A stretch of 64,000 nucleotides of DNA from Ramazzottius varieornatus (Eukaryota > Animalia > Tardigrada). Positions 56,563 to 64,000 of this stretch are shown here, in pieces. The stretch covers positions 775,378 to 839,377 of the forward strand of contig BDGG01000014.1 of the NCBI GenBank assembly GCA_001949185.1, written 5' to 3'. The translations under genes and the position numbers were made by a program. Every line of letters begins with the position of its first letter. The stretch's first letter is position 1. The notes under the pieces are model-generated. The model was not told the DNA's origin. It ran no database searches and saw nothing but the letters and a program-made list of their open reading frames with translations.

Positions 56563-59500
56563 ATGGAGACCAAAGACAGTCCAACCACGAGAGCCTTCAG
56601 CAGCCTGATATCCATGATTGGTAGCCCACCTCTCAATGGCGCGGGCACCGTCCAGTCGGCAACACTGAGCAGCGTGGCAGAAGAAAAGGAGCCTCCATCT
56701 CAATTGGAATTACGACCATCTCTAGCCACCATTTACCCCATGTTTATCGTACTCAACGGAATCGTTTTCCTCTTTGCCATTCCTATCAACTCATTCCTGC
56801 TCATCAAAACCCTGACAACCTTTGAAACCCGCAACAGCCGGGTCTTACAGTTCTTGGTTAACGCTGCGCTGTGTGATCTCTTCAAGCTCATCTTCGTTAT
56901 GCCCATCACACTGGCCAATTTACTGCTGCAAAATTTCGTCTTTGGATCTTTCTTGGTAAGTTTAGAAGGGCACTGTCAACATTTGTGTTTTCAGAGAATG
57001 AGCACTTAACGAAGCAAGCCGAATCACTCTGTGCGGTGGATCATTTGAGCGTCTTATGAATCAAGTGGCCGCGACAAACGAGGCTTTTACCAGAAGCGAA
57101 CGTGATGCGGAATGTTTTCGCGCGATTGTGTGTGGTATTTAGTTCAATCGAGCGGAAAACGGTGAGACTTAATCGGTAATCTATAAATTATTGTGACGGC
57201 GCAAGGGAAGCAATCTACCGCGAGACACGAAGGCCGGAAGAGCCGCATTTACCTTGGAGTACAGTGTAATTTAATCCATGAATCCAGTTCTGCCCCAGCA
57301 CAGACATCCTTTTCCACACAGCCATAAACTCAGAGCGTCGAATGCTTGACGTTCTCGTTAGGCATTTTGGTTGCCTCATACAATCAGACTTTCGTAGGGT
57401 GTATGAATGTCAATACCAATACATTCAGTTTGTCAGTTAATTTGATGGATGTACACAGTGTATTAATATCCATCCCCACAGGTGATCACCCGACTCGATA
57501 CATCAATGGCTGACAACAATTATTGAACTATCGATATGACGAGTGCCAACAAGGGGATTCTGCATGTCCTGACATGCCGATGGTCAAACTCTCCCGACAG
57601 AACGGTAGAAGAGGGTTTCTTCCGGGGTCTGAGCCAGGTAGCTACATAAAGGAACAATCCTAGAATAAACACGGAACTCGGAAGTGACGTAAGAGCGGTA
57701 AAATATGACACAACAAGCACAAGCAACCATCAGGTGTACTGTGTGGCAGCTCATTCTGACGTCGCTTCGGGTCCTGCAGTTTGTTCAAGTATCGTCCCGG
57801 TAGGTAGCTCCCTGGCTCAGATCCTAGGAGAAACTCTCTTCTATCGTTCTGTCGGGACACTTTGACCATCGGGATGTAGGGACGTGCATAATCCCCTTGT
57901 GAGGACTACCTCTACGACGGAGAGGGTATTGAGTTAGCCGGCTGTGGGAACGGTTGTTGAGTTAGCCACCAGTTGTTACGAGCAGGCCTCCAAAAAGGTC
58001 TACTCGCTGAAGTCTGTGGCTAACTCAGCTACCGCTCCCTCGTAGTGATGCATTTTGCACACTGTTGTTTTTGGTCGCCTGACCGGTTATTACTGTTTTC
58101 TGTTTGGTTGATTTGAAGAATCTATTTGTTTCGATTGCAGTGCTACGTTCTGCCGATGCTGCAAGTCTTCCCTATTCACGTGTCCATATTCAACTACGCG
58201 GGACTGACGTACGACCGGTACCAGGGTATTCGATATCCGGACAAGCGTAATGTGCCGGTGATGGTCTTCACCATCTCCAGCTGGATCCTGGCCTTGTGTT
58301 CCGTCCTGCCTTACACTGGCTTCATCACTTACATCGATCTGGAGCAATTGCGCGGACCGCAGTATCAAAACCTTGGGCTATGCTTTATTCATGTGCAGAA
58401 GACTATCGAGGACTACTTAAGTACGCTAATCCATTAGCCAAACATAGTTACTCCACAACATCCTTCGAACCCGAAAATGTAATTAATCTCTCTGAACCGA
58501 AAGAATCTAATCCAGCGGCTCTTTCCATGCGCGTTAAATATCGACAATTAGTTTCGTTGCAATCGAAAGTTTCCGGAGCCGTATTTGAGGTAGATTCAAT
58601 CGATCAAAAAGCTGTAAACTCAACTTTCAGCTAGGCGTGAGTTTTAGGTAGAAAATAGTTCGGCAGCCAGACAGGGTTCAAAAAGTTATCACAAAGAAAT
58701 GGCAATATACAGCAGTTTTTTATGATAAGTTCCAGAACCGCCTGTCGAAATAACCGCGGGTCTGGATTGGCTTGCATGTCGTTTATTTCTGTTTTTTACA
58801 GGGGCAACATTTTTCTGCATATTCATCATTCCATTGTTGGTGATTGTTTACTTGCTCACGCGAACATCATGGGAGCTGGGCTTCCAGCAGAAGACTGCGG
58901 AGACCTGTGTGTGCGACGCCGAGTGTGGGATCTTACTACACCTACCGTCCCAGACCTTATTGCGGCTTAAGGTACAGCAGGGGCCAGGCCAAGTTAATTA
59001 GCTTCCGAGCGGCTCTTATCGACGCTTATTGACTTTCATTTACGCTATAGCACGCACCAGATGCCAGCAGGGGAATGGTGCTCGACGGACATCACCCCGA
59101 AAACTCCCTCGCCTATTCCCGCTCCGCCGAGCCTACTCACACCAGAGGCAACCGCCTCGACAGCGAAACCTTTGATGCCCAATCGGTAAACACACAATTT
59201 GTGACGCTCCTTCCATCAGTCGTTTATTTTTTTTGGAGACTTTCCTTACACTTGCGTCAATTGGAAAACACTGTAGTATATTTTATGGTGCCGAGGTGGT
59301 GTTTAGGGAGTATGGCCCCGTGTATTGCCCAACCCAGAAAGCGATCGATGGATCCCGAGCTCCAGTAAAGGCCATCATAAATCACATAACTGAGGCTGTG
59401 GCTCTCAAATCAAACTTCTTGACACTTGTTCGACTTGAAATTAAACAGGGTGTGTCATTAATCAGATTCAGGACGACCGCCCTTCACAGAGCCTCCACAC

Positions 59501-60442
59501 CTTACAGTATCACGTGCAACGGGAAGTGGGAGGGCCATGGATCAGTTCTTAAAAATTCACGACGCATCCACACGGGTTGAAATTTGAAAGCTGGGAAACA
59601 AACGGCGTCAGGGTATCCAACGTCAGTTACGTCAACTTGGACAAAAGCTGGTTTGGGGGCGTAGTCCAACAGAAGTCAATTGGAGATATCCGTCAGGAGA
59701 AACAGCTCTTGCAGGCTTCCCTGGTGCAAGATGGCGTAGTTGAACGGGCGGTTTTGTTGTTGTTTCCATTATGGTGTCTGTAGGGGAGCATGACTAGCAT
59801 CGACAGGTTGAGCTAATTGACACCTATTCATACAGTAACATTTAGCAGAAAGGCACAGCGTGGACTTTATGCTCCATTGTATCAAGCTTGGCTCGTAAGA
59901 GAAGAGAAGGCCTCGAAGTCACTTTCAGTTTTGAATCAATTCATCACAAACGCCCTGTTAGATCACTCTGCTGTTTGATTTGACAGATTCTGGGCGTGGA
60001 ATGTGCATATTGTCTGAGTGAGCTTCAGCGTCGCGACCAGCGGCGCATCGCTGCCATTATCGGTCTGTTCATCGCGGCCTGGACGCCCATCAACATTTTC
60101 ATCCTGACGACTCATTTCTTCCCGGACTCAAAGGTGGTGTCGCTGGAGGCACAGGACATGGTCAACCTGTCCTTGACATGGCTGGGCTTTCTCTCCACCT
60201 GTTGGAACCCTTTCATCATCCACCCCATGCTGGTGGAGCGAGCGCAAATGTACGATACCTGCAAGCCCAAGAAGGAACATTGTGACAGGAAGTCGTCGAC
60301 GTTGAGTCGAAGGTCTAAACACCGTTCGACCACTGATTGCTCAAGCAAGAGAAACAACGAACCTGGAAACTTGATTGGAGCTCGAACGATGTACGGAATG
60401 CGCCTCACCGACTCACTAGACTCGCTCAAAGTTAACGTTTAG
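56563..60442 (+). CDS. Class A (rhodopsin-like) GPCR, orphan/neuropeptide-receptor-like
   Basis: Exons 56563-56955, 58141-~58420, 58802-~58971, 59051-59185 and 59987-60442; seven hydrophobic segments, NAALCDL, FGSFL|C, YDRY, W..P, WTP, WNPFI. Confidence 0.85.
57549..57900. mobile_element. Foldback MITE with ~100-120-bp imperfect TIRs in GPCR intron 1
   Basis: acaaggggatt.tgca.gtcc..acat.ccgatggtcaaa.t.tcccgacagaacg.tagaagag..tctgagccagg.agctac on both strands; no TSD seen. Confidence 0.8.
57912..58045. mobile_element. Short mariner-like MITE
   Basis: ~28-bp imperfect TIR TACGA(C/G)GGAG..GGTA..TGAGTTAGCC with TA ends. Confidence 0.55.
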
Positions 60443-60825
60443 AGGAAACTCTCAAAGTGGAAACTAATGTTGTCCAAATTCAAAACCTGTCTAACAATCG
60501 ATCAAGTGTTTGATTTATAAATTGGTAGATTTTGTAACTTTTGTCCCAAGCTTATTTTTTGGCTTCGCATATTAGTCAAGAGCTTCTCTCTGAGACTAAA
60601 GACGAACTTTACCGTCAGCAGCGAATACTCAAGCTATCAGCGGCGCGTGTAAAGAAAGCTGGTTCAGAGTGGACGAGGTTAAAAAGCTGCAAAGACAACG
60701 CGAGTCTTTAATGTCGGCCAAAGTGTCGACATTTTGTCGGTTAAGAATTTCAACAAGAGACTAAGCCGTTGCTTCAGAACACCGATGTCTGTCTTGAGTT
60801 GAGTGTAGCCTTGACGAAGTCGAAT

Positions 60826-61575
60826 ATGGCCGTCACCAAGCAGATTTTGGCTTGTTTCATCTGTCTGATTATTTGGACAAGTTTAAGCAATATTCAAGCA
60901 TCTGAAGTATCGCTCGGACAGCCGATACCGCAATCTCCAGTAGCTCGCCAGGGAGTAGAGATGCTCACTGGAGGCCAGGCCGTGACTGCGACAGCGTCAC
61001 CAGAGAAGGCGGAATCAAAGAACACTCTGAAATGTTACGAGTGCGATTCGAAGGTGCAAAGTGAGTGCTTGGATCCAACAGGGTCGAATAAACTGCTGAT
61101 TGACTGCTCTAATATTCCCGGCATCAGCGACCGCTGTGTCAAAATCTCATCCTTCAAAGGTAAAGTCCCATTCGTACACGCGCCCGCGTTAAATGTGGGA
61201 TTGGGCAAAAATGTGGGCAGCGGAGCAAAATCGGCGCTGCTCTGATTGATTTGATTGATCGGTCGACTTCAGCTGGCCTTTACCGCTTTCGCTGCGCTGC
61301 CCGCATATTTGTTCATGCCCACATTTAAAGCAGGCGCGTCTGCTTGACTGAGCAAATCTGTCGCCACAATCAGGTTATACGCGTTTTTAGGTTCTGTGAA
61401 AAGAGGTTGCGGAGGTGTAGCAACAGACAGCGATCTGGTCCGGGCTGAAGATGGCTGCAAAACGGAAGACCACATCCGAACATGTCTTTGCTCCACAGAT
61501 GGATGCAACTCCGCCAATTTGGTGTTACAAGGGTATAGCTTATATCTTTTTGTCTTCTTGAAGTTCTTCACATGA
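60826..61575 (+). CDS. Ly6/uPAR three-finger protein (quiver/sleepless-like), probably GPI-anchored
   Basis: Exons 60826-61159 and 61391-61575; signal peptide, LKCYEC..C..C..CVK|..RGC..GC..TCLCSTDGCN, hydrophobic C-terminus. Confidence 0.88.
61178..61339. repeat. ~55-bp imperfect inverted repeat filling most of the Ly6 intron
   Basis: acgcgcc.gc.ttaaatgtggg..caaa.atg.gggcagcg.agc on both strands (the ORF track shows APALNVG on + and -). Confidence 0.8.
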
Positions 61576-61898
61576 CCGTGTCTCATCGGTTTCTAATCAA
61601 TGTACACAGTAGATTAGCCATACAATGAACTGAAACAACTGGCCTTCTGAGTAATAGATAAGGTTGGTCCGTGTCTGTCCTGCGCAAAGTTATCGCCGGT
61701 GGGAATTGCTTCAGATATGATGGGTATCATATCACATTGACAGAAACCCGCTAAAAGCACAAGTCGGTCGAGGAGTTCAAGCAGCATTTCGCACCTCTAA
61801 GCACCGTCTACACCGGAAGAGAATCAAAGTGTTTCTACTTGACGCAAAATTGAGTTGTTGTTAAACTCAAGGGAGCATTCTCAGATCAGCTGGTGCAG

Positions 61899-64000
61899 AT
61901 GTATCCTCTAAAAATTCTCTACTCATTGCTCTTCGTGGGAACTATGTCCGACAGTAATTACAAGGAGGAATGCCTTTTACCTGGACGCCACAGTCCATTC
62001 AGTCATACACCTCCGTTTCGAAGTGTATGCATCTCATCGTGGAAATCCGTATCCAGCCCTTCTGAGGCGTCTCGTGACTTTTGGAATTTTTCTGATCCAT
62101 ACAGCAATATCGGGTATCAGCTCTTCAGTGAAAGCTTTGGTCTGGCAAAAGACGAAGATGGGCACTGTACGGATTATCTGAGCATAGGCGGAGTGGACGA
62201 GATGTCTAATGGCGCTCAGTTTTGCGGGCAAGACTCTTCTGGATTTAACTCCAGCACCTCCTCAACAACAAACATGGTATGTCATGCTCGGTGCGAAGGC
62301 TGTGCCACGTTGTGGCTCTGGGGTAATTTATTGTGGCAAAGGGTGACATCAACAATATACTGCAGCTATTCTTTAGACTATCGAGCATTATTCAGGAAAG
62401 AACTCCTGGTCCAACTCCAGAGGGTACGCAGGTTTCAAACTGTGGCTTCGGCCTTATGGTAAGCGCACACGTTCACAAAGCGTACCGCACAGCCTGGTTT
62501 TACCTGTGTCGCTTCTGTCCGGCGCTTTCACTACTTTTAGGTCTTTGCAGCGGAGATGTCGAAGTTCCACCACATGGCATTGCTAGACTGGTGTCACCTG
62601 ATTATCCTGGGCTTTACGAAGACGACGAGCCAAGTTGCGCTTGGCAAGTAGTGGCACAAAGGAATTGCGCTGCCATCAAGTTCCATTTCATTGAATCGAC
62701 GTTGACTGCCACATCGCGCCACTGCACAGGCACCTACCTCGAGTTACGCTATAACAATCACTCCCATCCAAACGACAGTCTGCCCCTTTGCAGAAACCTC
62801 ACTGGAAATTCCTACTCGATACATGCCAATGACGTGGTAAATGGAGATTGTACACGTCTCAATTCAGATTTCCCTCGACAGTTGCAACTTGGCTGGCTAC
62901 GTAAGTCGTCGTGTTCATACTATTTGTTTCCAGACAGTGCTGTTCCACACGGATAGCTTGCAGACGGATGGCAGGTTTGTTATGGAAATCAACTGCAGCG
63001 CAGAGGAGGCCACACCTTGGTCCACAGCTCTTCCAGGCAGCACTAGAGACCAGCACTATGACATCACCCAGCCTGTCACCGCAGCGCGTACACCAGCCAT
63101 GCAACCGGATTTATGGCTTGTACTAGATAACTCGATCTATATACAGAAACCCTCATTTGAAACATCTATCGACAATTCCACAGACATCCCTGAGTCCACT
63201 ACAAATGTCCCGCCTCCCATGGCGCAAGGCACTAGCACAAAGATGACGACATTAAGTCCCCATGAAAGTGCACCCAGCGGCCAATACAGTGGCAGCTCCA
63301 CAGAGGCGTTCACAGAGGCGTTCACAGAGGCAACATCAACCGTGACGGCGTTGACCTCGACTCCAAGTGCAGCTACAACGACGAATTCGCATCGGCAGGG
63401 TGCGGTGGCGACGACCACAACCTGGACTGAAGTGGAGTCAACTACGACGCATAACATCATCTACACTGACAGATACTGGGCCATTGCTGGAACCTCCATT
63501 TTTCTGCTGCTCGTGGTGGCTCTTGCTCTAGTCTGCCGATACCGACGAAAGTGGCGGCGTACGGCAAGTCTGTTGAGGGCCAAGTGCGAAAAGGCCAAAC
63601 ATATGGTGCTGGGTGATCGGGACTGGCAGCAGTCAACTTCCAGGGCCCCTCTTTTTATTCCGCTGCCAAAAGAATGCGAGCCATACATCATCCACCCTCG
63701 ACAACTCAAGAAAAGTTGGTACCTCTCTTATTTGTTGTGTACGTTGAATTTTGAACTTCGAATTAATCTAACACCATTGTTTGCTAAATAATAGGTGAGA
63801 CTTTCCTGGGTAAGGGAGAACATGGTCTTGTGTACAAAGGAAGCGCCTTGGGACTGCTGGGAAAGAACGGCGCCACTGATGTCGCCGTCAAAACGCTGCT
63901 GTTGTCTGGGACGACAGCCAATGCCGCTTCGGCGGTCAAGTTCGTCAAGGAAGTGACGGTCATGCTGCAAACTGGCCAGCATCTTAACCTCGTCAACCTT
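61899..64000 (+). CDS. Receptor tyrosine kinase-like protein with CUB domain(s), S/T-rich stalk and TM helix; truncated by the window end
   Basis: Signal peptide; CTDYLSI..FCG; SPDYPGLY..CAWQV..C..YLE; Thr-rich stalk; TM YWAIAGTSIFLLLVVALALVC; kinase start LGKGEHGLVYKG..VAVK..E..M..GQHLNLVNL. Confidence 0.8.

Overview
Gene-dense eukaryotic (animal) genomic DNA of moderate GC content, with short spliceosomal introns (many about 55-80 nt). The compact architecture and gene set suggest a small-genome invertebrate such as a tardigrade; this is inference only. Hand-spliced models support about 15 host genes: a non-alpha nicotinic acetylcholine receptor subunit, Inturned (INTU, not visible as a coherent ORF in the track), DDX28, an N-terminally shortened NOL6, eIF4B, TMA7 (missed by the ORF track), a CFAP210-like gene, a PHOSPHO1/2 phosphatase, paraplegin SPG7, an ATF4-like bZIP with a uORF and a disrupted basic region, an internally shortened SRP72, a TMEM121-like gene, a class A GPCR, a Ly6/quiver-like protein and a partial CUB-domain receptor tyrosine kinase. 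Interspersed are DNA transposon relics: an intron-bearing hAT transposase pseudogene, nested hAT MITEs with TSDs, a full-length Tigger/pogo element and foldback MITEs. The most striking unexplained signal is a modular palindromic repeat family (outer IR ~GGGAGCTCGGCAAACAAACTCG enclosing 1-3 CAAGTGGCGCAC-loop-GTGCGCCACTTG hairpin units). I found 10 copies, all inside introns of 9 different genes and essentially none in the long intergenic stretches. Several other longer introns carry unrelated hairpins. No rRNA, tRNA or CRISPR array was recognised.
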